DNA from: a virus | Strand: one strand, 5' to 3' | DNA: 64,000 nt | IMG/VR virus record: IMGVR_UViG_3300045988_102159 | Coordinates: 1 to 64,000 of that record | Shown: positions 8,225 to 18,233 of the stretch, one piece after another | How the letters are laid out: every line of letters starts with the position of its first letter | Numbering within the stretch: the first letter of the stretch is position 1 | Notes under the pieces: generated by a model | Seen by the model: only the letters and a program-made list of their open reading frames with translations | The model's database searches: none | Told to the model about the DNA's origin: nothing | Translations under genes and position numbers: made by a program

Positions 8225-9697
8225 ATGGCTAAGAATGATTATACTAAAGAATCTATTCAATCGTTAACACCAAGAGAACATGTAAGAAAACGTCCATCTA
8301 TGTATTGTGGCGATACTTCAACTCCAAATCAGCTTATGATGGAGCTGTTTAGTAATGCTCTTGACGAACATAACATTGGTCATGGTGATATTATTGATGT
8401 ATCAATTGAAAAAAGCGGTTTGTGCCGTATTGAAGATTTTGCTCAAGGATTTCTTGTAGATGAAGTGCGAGAAGATGGTAAAACTGTTTTTCAAGCTGCA
8501 TTCGATACTATGAATACATCTGGCAAATATACAGATGATGGAGTATATGAAGGTTCAAGTTTGGGCCTTAACGGAATTGGTACAAAATTAGTAACATATC
8601 TATCTAAGAATGTAATGGCAGAAACAGTTCGTGAAGGTAAATGGGAATGTAATAGTTTTTCAGATGGTGTATGTTATAGTCATCAAAGTGGAAACGCTAA
8701 AGAAACTGCTCATACTGGTACGACTGTTACTTATCTTCCAGACGAACAATTTTTTGATACAGATAAAACATCGGTTTCATTTTTCAAAAAGTTTTTCAAT
8801 GATATTACCTGTATTTGTCCAACTTTAACAGTATTTTTAAATGGTGAAAAGATTAGCCATAACAGTATTGAAGATATGTTAGATGAAAAACGCGGTAAAG
8901 ACATTGAAATTGTTGGTAATCATTTTGTTATGAATACTGATAAAATCAATCTAGCTATGACTTTTACATCCGGCAGTCAAACAAAGATTATTCCATATGT
9001 CAACTATGGTATTACATCATCTGGACCGCATATTACGGGAATTAAATCAACTCTCACTCGTGTATTTAATAACTGGGCAAAAGAAAATAATCTTTTAACT
9101 GCTAAAGATAAAAATCTTGATGGTGCTGCAATCCAAGAAGGCATTGTATTGGTATGCAATATCAATAGCAAGGGTGTTAAATATAATGCGCAGGTAAAAG
9201 ACGATATTATTGATATGGATACTTCTTTTACTACTGCTCTTGGTCAGCAACTAGAAGTATGGCTAGATAGCAATCCAGAAGACGCAAAGGCTATTCTTGA
9301 AAAGGCTATCCTTGCGCGAAAAGCAGCAGAAGCAGCTAAACGTGCGCGTGCAGCAGTTAAAAATAATAAGAAACGTGGCAGTAACTTTTTGAAAATGCCA
9401 ACAAGTCTATCCGATTGTTGGTCAAAAGACCGTTCTATTTGCGAACTATATTTAACAGAAGGTCGAAGTGCATCTTCAAACATGGTTGCTGGTAGAGATT
9501 CTAAGTTCCAAGCTGTTTATGGAGTTCGAGGAAAAATGCTTTCTGTGTTAAAGGCAAAACAAGAAAGTATTATAAAGAATCAAGAAATCAATAATTTGAT
9601 TCAAGCTCTTGGTTTAGAGTTTAATCCTAAAACTGCAAAGTGCATTTATGATAAATCTAAATTAAGGTATGATAAAATTATTACTGCTACTGATGCT
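8225..9697 (+). CDS. gyrB: type IIA topoisomerase subunit B (GyrB/ParE-like), exon 1
   Basis: GHKL motifs ELFSNALDEH and GLNGIGTKL; Toprim LTEGRSA. The frame hits TAA two codons after ...ITATDA. The exon ends in U at 9697. Confidence 0.85.
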
Positions 9698-9751
9698 AAA
9701 TAAAATTGGCTGTGTAATATTTTTCTATTAATCAATAGGGTGCTTATTTTC

Positions 9752-9780
9752 TTGACAAAACATTATAATTATGGTATGAT
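9752..9780 (+). promoter_or_regulatory. intron-internal sigma70-like promoter upstream of the endonuclease ORF
   Basis: TTGACA 9752-9757, 17-nt spacer, TGgTATGAT ending 9780 (extended -10). Confidence 0.45.
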
Positions 9781-9918
9781 AGATTTCATATTAGATATAG
9801 ATGGAAGTCAAGTTGATAGGCGCTAACGGGGAAACCTAAATTATATATTTATAACATGGCAATCCCGTGACAAATTTTGTAAATCTAGCGCCTTTCAAAG
9901 AAATAGAAAGGTGTAAAC

Positions 9919-10875
9919 ATGGTAGGTATTTATAAGATAGTCAACAACATAAATGGCAAGTTTTATGTTGGTCAGAGTAATAACATAGATAGACGATGGT
10001 TAGAGCATTGTTCTCCGAGTAGGTATAAGCAGAGCAATATTCCAGTTGATTGGGCAATACACAAGTATGGAAAAGAAAACTTTTCTTTAATTGTTCTTCA
10101 AGAATGTTCTATAGAAGAATTAAATGAATTAGAAACATATTGGATTGAAAAGACTAACGCGGTTGAAGAAGGATATAATTGTAATATTGGCGGAGATTGC
10201 GGTTCTCGTGGAGAATGGAATCCTAGAGCTAAATTATCTGTATCTGATGTAATGTTTATTCGTAAATGCTATAATGAAAGGCTTATAACACAAAAAGAAG
10301 CGTATGAAACAGTAAAAGACAAAGTGTCTTTTAGCTCTTTTCAAGCTGTATGGCAAGGTAGAACTTGGGCAGAAATAATGCCAGAAGTATATACAGAGGA
10401 TAATAAAAATTATTATAAAAAAATGGCTGCGGTAAAGGTTTGTTCTAAGCTAACAGAAGAACAAATAATGTCAGCACGAAAGAAATATGCAGCTGGTGCG
10501 CAGGCTAAAGAGCTTTATAAAGATTACAAAGACATTATTACATATGAAAGTTTTCAGGGTATTTTATGCGGAAGATCAAATAAGCATTTACCATATTTCC
10601 ACAAGAAAACAAATAGATGGATTTTTCCAGGAGAACAGCCAGAAAAGAACGCCAATAGAGTAAATGATAATTCTGGTAGATATACTACCAATGCGTATTC
10701 TGACGAAGAAGTGCTTGAGTTTAGAAAACAATATGTTTCACAAAATTATAAAGAAGTCTATGAGAATAGCGATAAACGCCTTTCTAAAGAGTCTTTTCAA
10801 AAAATGCTAACTGGAAGAACTTACACTAATGTACCTGTTTATTCTAAAAAAACTCATGAATGGATTTACAAATAA
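9919..10875 (+). CDS. GIY-YIG homing endonuclease (intron-encoded)
   Basis: N-terminal GIYKIVNNINGKFYVGQS...RRWLEH...YWIEK...GYN, a classic GIY-YIG module, followed by a long linker and DNA-binding region. Confidence 0.85.
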   Translation: MVGIYKIVNNINGKFYVGQSNNIDRRWLEHCSPSRYKQSNIPVDWAIHKYGKENFSLIVLQECSIEELNELETYWIEKTNAVEEGYNCNIGGDCGSRGEWNPRAKLSVSDVMFIRKCYNERLITQKEAYETVKDKVSFSSFQAVWQGRTWAEIMPEVYTEDNKNYYKKMAAVKVCSKLTEEQIMSARKKYAAGAQAKELYKDYKDIITYESFQGILCGRSNKHLPYFHKKTNRWIFPGEQPEKNANRVNDNSGRYTTNAYSDEEVLEFRKQYVSQNYKEVYENSDKRLSKESFQKMLTGRTYTNVPVYSKKTHEWIYK

Positions 10876-10998
10876 AGTTGTATCGACTATCGCCGAAGCG
10901 GGCGAGTAAAACTATTATTGATACATAGTTTGAAATAATATCTTGTATTTTAATACAATAAGAGATAGTCAGGGCTTATAGAAATATAAGAATAACTG

Positions 10999-11218
10999 GA
11001 TTTTGATGGTTTCGCAATTGAAAACTTAATGCTTAATATCTTTTGGTATATTTGTCCAGAACTTATTTTAAATGGTCACGTATATAGTTCTGAACCCCCA
11101 CTTTTCAGAGTAATTACAAAGAAAAATGAGTATATATATTTAAAAGATGATGCAGCATTACAGCAATATAAACAAAAACATCCGAATAATGTTAAAGCAA
11201 TTACTAGAATGAAAGGGT
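10999..11218 (+). CDS. gyrB: type IIA topoisomerase subunit B, exon 2
   Basis: Encodes DFDGFAIENLMLNIFWYICPELILNGHVYSSEPPLFRV...ITRMKG, matching the GyrB TDADVDGxHI...AxPPLY...KGLGE region. Last nt t11218 is codon position 1 of Leu. Confidence 0.8.
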
Positions 11219-12307
11219 AAGAGATAGTCTGGCCCTTATCTGTTTTTCCGCTTATCAGCGGGGTCGCAAATGCGGCTAACGAGGGAGTCTAACCACTATT
11301 ATGAATAATATCTGGGCGAAAAGGGATTAGCCGAGTATTATATTTTTCATATATAGTAGAAGATAATCTCGTGGAAAATATTTTACTATTACATAAATTA
11401 TCTTCTAATGTTTTTATATATAGAAAGAAGGTAGTTTATGAGTTTTAAGACTTTACATGAACAATATAAGCGTCCAGAAAATATTACTGGAATTTATAAA
11501 ATTACTAATTTAATTAATAATAAAAGTTATATAGGAAAAAGCATACATATCCCAAGACGATTTTTAGAACATAGAAGTTCAAATGAATGGCAACGAAATC
11601 CAAATAAACCGTTATATCTTGCTTTTAAGAAATATGGATTAGAAAATTTTACCTTTGAAGTTATAGAAAGATGTTCTAAAGAAGAATTAAATGAAAGAGA
11701 AAAATACTGGATTGCTAAATTAGATACTCAAGATTCTGATAAAGGATATAATATTACGGCTGGTGGGGACGGACATGATTCAGATGAAAATCATCCAAAC
11801 CATAAGTTGACTAGGCAAGACGTTATAGATATACGCACTAGGTATGGCAATCTAGAACGAAAAATGGATGTAGAAGAAGATTATAAGGATAAAATTGGAC
11901 CTAGTGGTTTCGCTAAAATCTGGAAAGGTGAAACTTGGAGCGATATTATGTCAGAGGTATATACGGAAGAAAATAAAAAATTCCATAAAAATGATACTGG
12001 GTTAAAAGGTTCTAAGAATGGCAGAGCTTTACTAACTGAGCAAGACGTTTATAATATTCGTTTACGAAAAAAACAAGGCGAACATTGGGAAAAAGTATAT
12101 GAAGATTATAGACATACTGGAATTAAAAAATCTTCTTTTCATTTAACTTGGGATAATAGAAACTGGAAACATGTAATAGTAGAATAAATCTGTAACGACT
12201 ATCCACGTTGTGGTGGAATACTAGCGCTATTGATACGCGCTGGGAAAATGTAGACTGCTTATAGCAGAAGAAATAGTCTGTACTCAATAGAAATATTGAG
12301 ATTTACG
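11219..12307 (+). mobile_element. group I intron 2 in topoisomerase B gene, with GIY-YIG ORF
   Basis: 1089 nt. Guide gccctt (11232-11237) pairs with exon end aagggt, with U.G at the splice site. Ends in G12307. Splicing rebuilds KG-L-GE. Confidence 0.8.
11438..12187 (+). CDS. GIY-YIG homing endonuclease (intron-encoded)
   Basis: GIYKITNLINNKSYIGKS...RRFLEH...YWIAK...GYN. Confidence 0.85.
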   Translation: MSFKTLHEQYKRPENITGIYKITNLINNKSYIGKSIHIPRRFLEHRSSNEWQRNPNKPLYLAFKKYGLENFTFEVIERCSKEELNEREKYWIAKLDTQDSDKGYNITAGGDGHDSDENHPNHKLTRQDVIDIRTRYGNLERKMDVEEDYKDKIGPSGFAKIWKGETWSDIMSEVYTEENKKFHKNDTGLKGSKNGRALLTEQDVYNIRLRKKQGEHWEKVYEDYRHTGIKKSSFHLTWDNRNWKHVIVE

Positions 12308-12492
12308 TAGGTGAACAGGATGCTGACGAATTATCATATTGTCTATTAGACCCATCCACTCGAAACATCAGTCTGCTAACTGTTGAAGATGTTGAAAAAG
12401 CAAATAATATGTTCAATGATTTATATGGTAAAAAGGTTGAGCCGAGAGTAGAGTTTTTAAATAAACACTTGGAGGAAGCAAATATTGGATAA
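12308..12492 (+). CDS. gyrB: type IIA topoisomerase subunit B, exon 3
   Basis: Encodes (L)GEQDADELSYCLLDPSTRNISLLTVEDVEKANNMFNDLYGKKVEPRVEF, collinear with the GyrB C-terminus. The three exons sum to 1878 nt (625 codons plus stop). Confidence 0.8.
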
Positions 12493-12706
12493 ATCAAATC
12501 TTATTGAAGTTGTTCAACAGAATTTTATTGACAGCTCATATGATGTAAATTGTAATAGGGCTTTTCCAAATGTTAAAGATGGATTAAAGCCTGGCCAAAG
12601 ATGTATTCTATGGGAAATGTATACAAAAAAATATACTAGTGACAAACCGCATGTTAAATCAGCAAAAATTGACGGAGGTGTAGCGGCGCTGTACTGGCCG
12701 CACGGT
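12485..12706 (+). CDS. gyrA: type IIA topoisomerase subunit A (GyrA/ParC-like), exon 1
   Basis: TTG start overlaps the subunit B stop. Encodes RAFPNVKDGLKPGQRCILW...KSAKIDGGVAALYWPHG, the GyrA N-terminal signature. The frame stops 3 codons after HG. Confidence 0.8.
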
Positions 12707-14088
12707 AGAATTAACTAATAGATTATATTTTTTATGGGCATATCTCTATTATTTTGTATATCTATTTTTTATATTATATAGCGATAAATAATATAAGAAA
12801 GGATATAAATATGAAAGCAGTAAAAGTATCAACCTATGAAGCAACTAAGTTTTATATGGAAGAGAATGAAAAAGGTTTGTCAAAATCAAAAGTAGCAGAT
12901 ATGTTTAAAATAGATAGGCATAGTTTTTGTAAATTAACTTGGAAAGATAAGTATAAAGAATTAGTATTTCCAAAAGAAGACAATGGATATTGCTATTATT
13001 TTGAACCAAAAGAATGGGAAGCAATTCAAGAATATATAAATAATCCTAATATTACTAAAAAAGAAATTAGAGATAAATATAATATATCTCAAAATGGAGT
13101 TTTTAGTCATTGGCTAGAGGTTCTTGGATACGAGGATACAGTTAGATATAAATACAATTTTAAAAGAGATATTTTTAGAGAAGAACCAACTCCAGAAATG
13201 GCATATTGGCTTGGTTTCTTATTAGCAGATGGTTGTATTATTGAAAATAAAATCAAAGGGAATTCAAAAGATTATATTTCATATAATGTTACTGTTCGTC
13301 TTGGAGATAAAGACAAAGAACACGTATATAAATTTGCTAAGTTTTTACAATATCCAGAAGAAAAATTAAATGAAGTTATTAAACCTTGCTATGGCGGTGC
13401 TTATGACAGGAATAATCTTTGTTGGGTTATTGATGTTTGCAGCACTGATTTATGTAAAGACTTACAAAAATATAATATTACTCCAAGAAAAAGCCTAAAA
13501 GAAAAGCCATTTATTTTTAATGATAGAGAGCTTGAATTAAATTATATTAGAGGTATTATTGACGGCGATGGATGGATTAGAAAACCCACTACAAGAGATT
13601 TAAGAATGGGTGTAGTTGGTTCAGAAGAAGTTTGTAATTATATTAGCAGTGTTTTAAAAGAGTATTTTCCTCATAAAATGGAACATGCAAAACCAAAAGC
13701 CCATAGCGAAAGTATTAGTTCAGATTTATATTATTGGCAAACGACTTGCCGAGAAGGAACTAAAAACGTATTAGAATTATTATATCCAGAAAATTGTCCT
13801 ATTTATTTAGATAGAAAATATGATTTAGCGCGTGCCGTGCTAAAACTGCTGAATTAAGCGGGAAAGCTAAGTTTAATATTAAATTAATATTGAATATGCT
13901 AATCCGAACCGAAGGCTAGTAATAAAATATTAGTCAGGGGCAGAGCATAGAAGATGAAACTGTAATTACAGAATATAATTCTTCCAAGAGTCAGCGGCTA
14001 CTTAATAATTTAAGTAGAAAAGATATGCCGAACTTATAGGAAACTATAAGAAATAGAGGATAAAAAGCCTTTATGATAACAAAAATTG
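12707..14088 (+). mobile_element. group I intron in topoisomerase A gene, with LAGLIDADG ORF in the P1 loop
   Basis: 1382 nt. Guide gccgtg (13834-13839, inside the ORF 3' end) pairs with exon end cacggt. The 3' 230 nt are homologous to the dnaB intron. Ends in G14088. Confidence 0.75.
12811..13857 (+). CDS. LAGLIDADG homing endonuclease (double-motif)
   Basis: ATG 12811 follows RBS aaggat. Two dodecapeptide motifs: LGFLLADGCI and IRGIIDGDGWI. Confidence 0.85.
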   Translation: MKAVKVSTYEATKFYMEENEKGLSKSKVADMFKIDRHSFCKLTWKDKYKELVFPKEDNGYCYYFEPKEWEAIQEYINNPNITKKEIRDKYNISQNGVFSHWLEVLGYEDTVRYKYNFKRDIFREEPTPEMAYWLGFLLADGCIIENKIKGNSKDYISYNVTVRLGDKDKEHVYKFAKFLQYPEEKLNEVIKPCYGGAYDRNNLCWVIDVCSTDLCKDLQKYNITPRKSLKEKPFIFNDRELELNYIRGIIDGDGWIRKPTTRDLRMGVVGSEEVCNYISSVLKEYFPHKMEHAKPKAHSESISSDLYYWQTTCREGTKNVLELLYPENCPIYLDRKYDLARAVLKLLN

Positions 14089-15945
14089 ACGCAAGCAATC
14101 TACGAAACCTTTGCTCGTATGTCTCAGCCTTTTACCAACAATGTACCAGAGGTTGATTTTCATGGAGCGAATGGCAATGTAATCTTGGGTGGAGACGCAA
14201 TCGCCGCAGACCGTTATACAGAAGCACGTCTTTCTAAAATTACAGAAGAGTTCATGCTTAATGGTATTGAAAAAAATACAGTTCCAATGGTTCTGAACTT
14301 TAGCGAAGACGAATATATGCCAGTAGTATTACCGTCATATTTTCCTAGACTTCTTGTTAATGGTGCTCAGGGCATCGGCGTTTCGATTGCCAATAATTGG
14401 TTGCCGCATAATCTTAAAGAAACAATTAACTTAATTGGAAAATATGTTAAAACAGGAAAATTTGAAGCAGATGAATACTATCCTGATTTTCCTACTGGTT
14501 GTACGATTGTTAATAAAGATGAGTTATCTTCAATCAATGAAACCGGAAAAGGTAAAGTAATTGTAGAAGCTACATATAATATTGATGGTAATGAAATTAC
14601 TTTTACTGAAATGCCATATCAAGTATACATAGAACCTTTAATTGCAAAAATTAAAGAACTAATTGAATCAGAAGATTTAATTGGTATTAAAGATGTATAT
14701 AACAAGAGTGACAAAAATGGCATAGCTTTAGTTGTTGAATGTCAAAAAGGATATACGGCAGAAAATGTATTACAGCAGCTATTCCAAGCAACTCCTTTAA
14801 GGTCGCAATATAATGTTAATCAGAATGGAATTATCAGTAAAACGCCAGTGCTTTTAAATTTACAACAAACTGTAGACGAATATCTGTTCCATTGTTTTGA
14901 ATGTTTGAAACGTGAAACTGAATATGATAAGAATCTTGCTGCACAAAGGAAAGAGATTCTAGAAGGATTAAAGTTTGCTTTAACAAACATTGATAAAATT
15001 ATTGAAATTATTCGTGGCTCAAATGATAAAACAAGTGCGGCAAATGAACTTAAAAAAGAATTTGAATTTACAGATAGACAAACTAAATCAATTCTTTCAA
15101 TGCCACTAATGAAATTAACTAAGTTGGATACTCAATCAATTAAAAAAGAGCTAATAGAAAAGAATGAAATCATTGCAAAGTGTGATTTAATCTTAAATGA
15201 TAAAAAGGAACTTGATAAAGTATTCTTAGCAAAGCTCAAAGATATGGGCAGGAAATATAGCACTCCACGCCGCACTAAAGTAGTCCAAAAAGAAATTACA
15301 AAGACGAAAAAGGCAAGGTCTTCTGCGCCAAAAGAGAATAGGAATTTTGTTATTGCCTTTAATCCTCTTGGCTATCTACAGAAAGTCTCACCTTCTAAGT
15401 ACAAGAGTGACGGTAGCCTTGCATTTACTGTATCTGAAGATAGAAAAGTAGCTTTGTTCTCGAATAAAGGACGATTCTTTAGGATTGCTCTTTCAGATAT
15501 TAAAGAATGCGGACCAAAGGATAAGGGAACAGCTATCGGTGCAATTATCAATCTTGATAATGACGAAAAAATTATTACAATTCACAACGATGTATTCGTA
15601 GATAAGCCTTATATGTTCTTTGTTACAGAGGACGGCAAGGTTAAGAAGTGTGAAGGTAAACAATTCGCTGGCGGCACACGTAACGTTAAAGGTTCTGTGG
15701 CCTTTAAGACCGATAGCAAAATTGTCAGCATCCAAGAGACAAATGGATGTGTTGTAACATTAACGTCAACCAAGAGACAGATTAGTTTCATGGCTGATAG
15801 TGTGCGGGCAAGCAGTATTCGCTCTGGCGGCATGTGCGGCATTAAGCTAGACGATGATGATAAGATTGTATCCATGACAATCACTGAGCCGCAGAATTTC
15901 ACAGGTAAAATTGCAAACAAGGGTGGACGAGGGATTCTTCTTTAA
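14089..15945 (+). CDS. gyrA: type IIA topoisomerase subunit A, exon 2
   Basis: Begins TQAIYETFARMSQPF, gap-free against GyrA DSAVYDTIVRMAQPF but with T where Asp is canonical. Catalytic-Tyr context AADRYTEARL; C-terminal beta-rich domain. Confidence 0.8.
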   Translation, partial: TQAIYETFARMSQPFTNNVPEVDFHGANGNVILGGDAIAADRYTEARLSKITEEFMLNGIEKNTVPMVLNFSEDEYMPVVLPSYFPRLLVNGAQGIGVSIANNWLPHNLKETINLIGKYVKTGKFEADEYYPDFPTGCTIVNKDELSSINETGKGKVIVEATYNIDGNEITFTEMPYQVYIEPLIAKIKELIESEDLIGIKDVYNKSDKNGIALVVECQKGYTAENVLQQLFQATPLRSQYNVNQNGIISKTPVLLNLQQTVDEYLFHCFECLKRETEYDKNLAAQRKEILEGLKFALTNIDKIIEIIRGSNDKTSAANELKKEFEFTDRQTKSILSMPLMKLTKLDTQSIKKELIEKNEIIAKCDLILNDKKELDKVFLAKLKDMGRKYSTPRRTKVVQKEITKTKKARSSAPKENRNFVIAFNPLGYLQKVSPSKYKSDGSLAFTVSEDRKVALFSNKGRFFRIALSDIKECGPKDKGTAIGAIINLDNDEKIITIHNDVFVDKPYMFFVTEDGKVKKCEGKQFAGGTRNVKGSVAFKTDSKIVSIQETNGCVVTLTSTKRQISFMADSVRASSIRSGGMCGIKLDDDDKIVSMTITEPQNFTGKIANKGGRGILL

Positions 15946-15973
15946 TCTACCCTTTTCTTTCTATTGGAGGAAT

Positions 15974-17008
15974 ATGTCTCTAAATATTTATCCCGCAATG
16001 CTGGTGGGCAAAGCACCAAAGAATTATGAGGACATGTTAAAAAATGTTCCCATTATTGGTACAGTCAAAAAAGATGGATATTTCTCGCAGTTAGTAAAAG
16101 ATAACAACGAGGTTCATCTGTATAGCCGCACAGTTTCTAAAAAGACCGGTTATTATAGTGACAATATTGAGAAGGTGCCGCATATTAAAAATTGGGCTAT
16201 GAATGAACTTCCAAATGGTACATGTATTATCGGTGAGGTTTATTATCCTAATGGTACCTCTAAGAACGTAACATCAGTCCTAGGTGCTCTACCAGAGAAA
16301 GCTATTGAACGTCAGAAAGGCGAGTACGGCAAAATTCATTTTTATATGCACGATATGCTTGCATATAGCGGCGAAGATTATGTTATGAATAATGTAACAT
16401 ATGATTACCGTTATAGTAATCTTTGTGAGTACATTGATATTGCCACTCCTTTAATTCCAGAACTTGAAGTTGCACAATGTTATGATAACGCTTATCTAGA
16501 CCTCGATAAGGTCACAACTGATAAACTTGCCGCAGGTGAAGAAGGTATGGTATTTCGTGTAGAGAATGGTCTATATGCACCTGGTAAGCGACAGCCAAAA
16601 GTCATGTTCAAAATTAAGCAGGCACAGAATGATATTGATTTTGTGATTACAGAAGTTCTGCCGCCAGAGTATCTTTATACTGGTAAAGAATCTGAGACTT
16701 GGCCGTATAAAGATAAAGAAGGTAATCTAATTACAAAGGCCGCATATTATGGTTGGGCTGGTGCCTTACGACTTGGCGCATATGATAATGCGGGAAATCT
16801 TGTGTCTATTGGTCGTGTATCTTCTGGTCTTACAGACAATCTTAAAGCTGACCTTGCAGCCAATCCTGATAAATATATTGGAACTGTTGTAGAGGTAAAC
16901 TGTATGAGTCTTGACAAGAAGAATAAAACTTTTAGGCATCCTTATCTGTCTAGGCTTCGTCCTGATAAACCAGCACATGACTGCAAGCTAGAAGAAATTT
17001 TTAGCTAA
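15974..17008 (+). CDS. lig: ATP-dependent DNA ligase
   Basis: ATG 15974 follows RBS ggagg. Motif I TVKKDGY, motif III IIGEVYY, motif IV EGMVFR, motif V MFKIK. Confidence 0.8.
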   Translation: MSLNIYPAMLVGKAPKNYEDMLKNVPIIGTVKKDGYFSQLVKDNNEVHLYSRTVSKKTGYYSDNIEKVPHIKNWAMNELPNGTCIIGEVYYPNGTSKNVTSVLGALPEKAIERQKGEYGKIHFYMHDMLAYSGEDYVMNNVTYDYRYSNLCEYIDIATPLIPELEVAQCYDNAYLDLDKVTTDKLAAGEEGMVFRVENGLYAPGKRQPKVMFKIKQAQNDIDFVITEVLPPEYLYTGKESETWPYKDKEGNLITKAAYYGWAGALRLGAYDNAGNLVSIGRVSSGLTDNLKADLAANPDKYIGTVVEVNCMSLDKKNKTFRHPYLSRLRPDKPAHDCKLEEIFS

Positions 17009-17011
17009 GTC

Positions 17012-17040
17012 TTGACTTTTAAAATGTTTTATGTTATTAT
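17012..17040 (+). promoter_or_regulatory. sigma70-like promoter
   Basis: TTGACT 17012-17017, 17-nt spacer, TATTAT 17035-17040. Confidence 0.55.
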
Positions 17041-17074
17041 ATATATGAAATATAAAATAAAGTAAAGGAGTTAT

Positions 17075-17347
17075 ATGATTACTATTACCAAGCCAGTATT
17101 TTCAGACAATGCCAAAAAGGTTCTAAAGCATTTACAGGAGAATCAGGGTAAAGATGAAACTTTTAAGGACATTGCCAAAGCTGTTCATCTAACCGATAAG
17201 GTTACTAATTGCATTATCACTTCATCGCTTGTTCGCAAAGGTTATGCGGTTCGTGAACTACAGTCTGATGGCGGCACTAACTTTATTCGCCTTACAGATG
17301 AAGGTATGAAAGTTGACCCTGAAATCACTGTAACATACACTAAGTAA
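17075..17347 (+). CDS. small putative winged-helix DNA-binding protein
   Basis: 90-aa ORF with RBS aaaggag. The pattern FKDIAKAVHLTDKVTNCIITSLVRKGY resembles an HTH recognition region. Confidence 0.4.
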   Translation: MITITKPVFSDNAKKVLKHLQENQGKDETFKDIAKAVHLTDKVTNCIITSSLVRKGYAVRELQSDGGTNFIRLTDEGMKVDPEITVTYTK

Positions 17348-17348
17348 T

Positions 17349-18233
17349 ATGGCTCTTGAACTTATTATAGCTGTTGTCTGCGCTGTTATATTTATCATAT
17401 GCGGCTATAGTGTCGGTGTTATAGTTGGTAGAAAAGAAACATGTGATATAGTTAAAGAGAACAATAAAGAAGTTCTTATTGCGCGAGAGCATATTGAATA
17501 TCAAATTCAAAATGAAAAAGCACATTTAAAATCTCTCCAAGAGAATGTGAAACAACAGAAGCAGAGCTTTGAAGATTTTGAAAAACTTGAAAAGGAAAAT
17601 ATCATGAAGAATCTTCGTGACTTCCAGATTCAAGTCAATGAAGATAAAGCCGAATATATTGAACAGATTCAGATTCTTCAAAGCTCACTTGATAAGTTAC
17701 AGCGCCAAAAGGCTGCGACAATTGAAGCGTTTCAACGTGAACAGGCGGTTCAAGATTCTAAAGATAATTATCGTATCATTATCGAAGATAGCGACAAGGC
17801 AGATATTGATATTTTAAATTCGTTTAAGAACCGCCTTTCTAACCCAGAAATTCTTTCAAAGCTAATCTGGTCAACGTATTTTCAAAAGAAAGCAAAGGCT
17901 TTATTCGTCAATATTGTTGGAACTGAAAAAGTCTGCGGTATTTATAAGATTACAGACATAAATGATATGAAGTGTTATATAGGACAGTCTGTAGATATTG
18001 CAAATCGCTTTACGCAGCACTGTCGTTGCGGATGCGGCATAAAGACTCCTAAAGATAATAAGCTGTATGCGGCGATGCTTAGAGATGGTTTAGACCAATT
18101 TACATTTGAAGTCGTTGAGCTTTGCCCGCAAGAAGAATTAAATGAAAAAGAAAAATATTATATTGATGTATATAATTCAGTTAACTATGGTTTCAATTCA
18201 CAGGATGGTGCAAATGGGAAAAGTAACGATTAA
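17349..18233 (+). CDS. membrane-anchored coiled-coil protein with C-terminal GIY-YIG nuclease domain
   Basis: N-terminal hydrophobic helix LIIAVVCAVIFIICGYSVGVIVG, then about 130 aa rich in heptad-like Q/E/K. C-terminal part reads CGIYKITDINDMKCYIGQS...RFTQH...YYIDVY...GFN. Confidence 0.6.
   Translation: MALELIIAVVCAVIFIICGYSVGVIVGRKETCDIVKENNKEVLIAREHIEYQIQNEKAHLKSLQENVKQQKQSFEDFEKLEKENIMKNLRDFQIQVNEDKAEYIEQIQILQSSLDKLQRQKAATIEAFQREQAVQDSKDNYRIIIEDSDKADIDILNSFKNRLSNPEILSKLIWSTYFQKKAKALFVNIVGTEKVCGIYKITDINDMKCYIGQSVDIANRFTQHCRCGCGIKTPKDNKLYAAMLRDGLDQFTFEVVELCPQEELNEKEKYYIDVYNSVNYGFNSQDGANGKSND

Larger units (their letters stand above)
9698..10998 (+). mobile_element. group I intron 1 in topoisomerase B gene, with GIY-YIG ORF
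   Basis: 1301 nt separating TDA from DFDG of the Toprim DxD motif. Ends in G10998. Shares core blocks (gctaacg, gtatcgactatc ... gatagtcag) with other introns here. P1 guide not confidently located. Confidence 0.75.

Noticed and set aside
12303-12497. 64-aa minus-strand ORF
   Set aside because: It is antisense to topoisomerase B exon 3, whose translation aligns to the GyrB C-terminus.
15900-15945. KGGRG at the extreme C-terminus of topoisomerase subunit A as a GyrA-box, which would indicate a true gyrase
   Set aside because: The GyrA-box normally lies in the first blade of the C-terminal domain, not at the very end. A 5-residue match cannot distinguish gyrase from a topo IV-like or T4-like enzyme.
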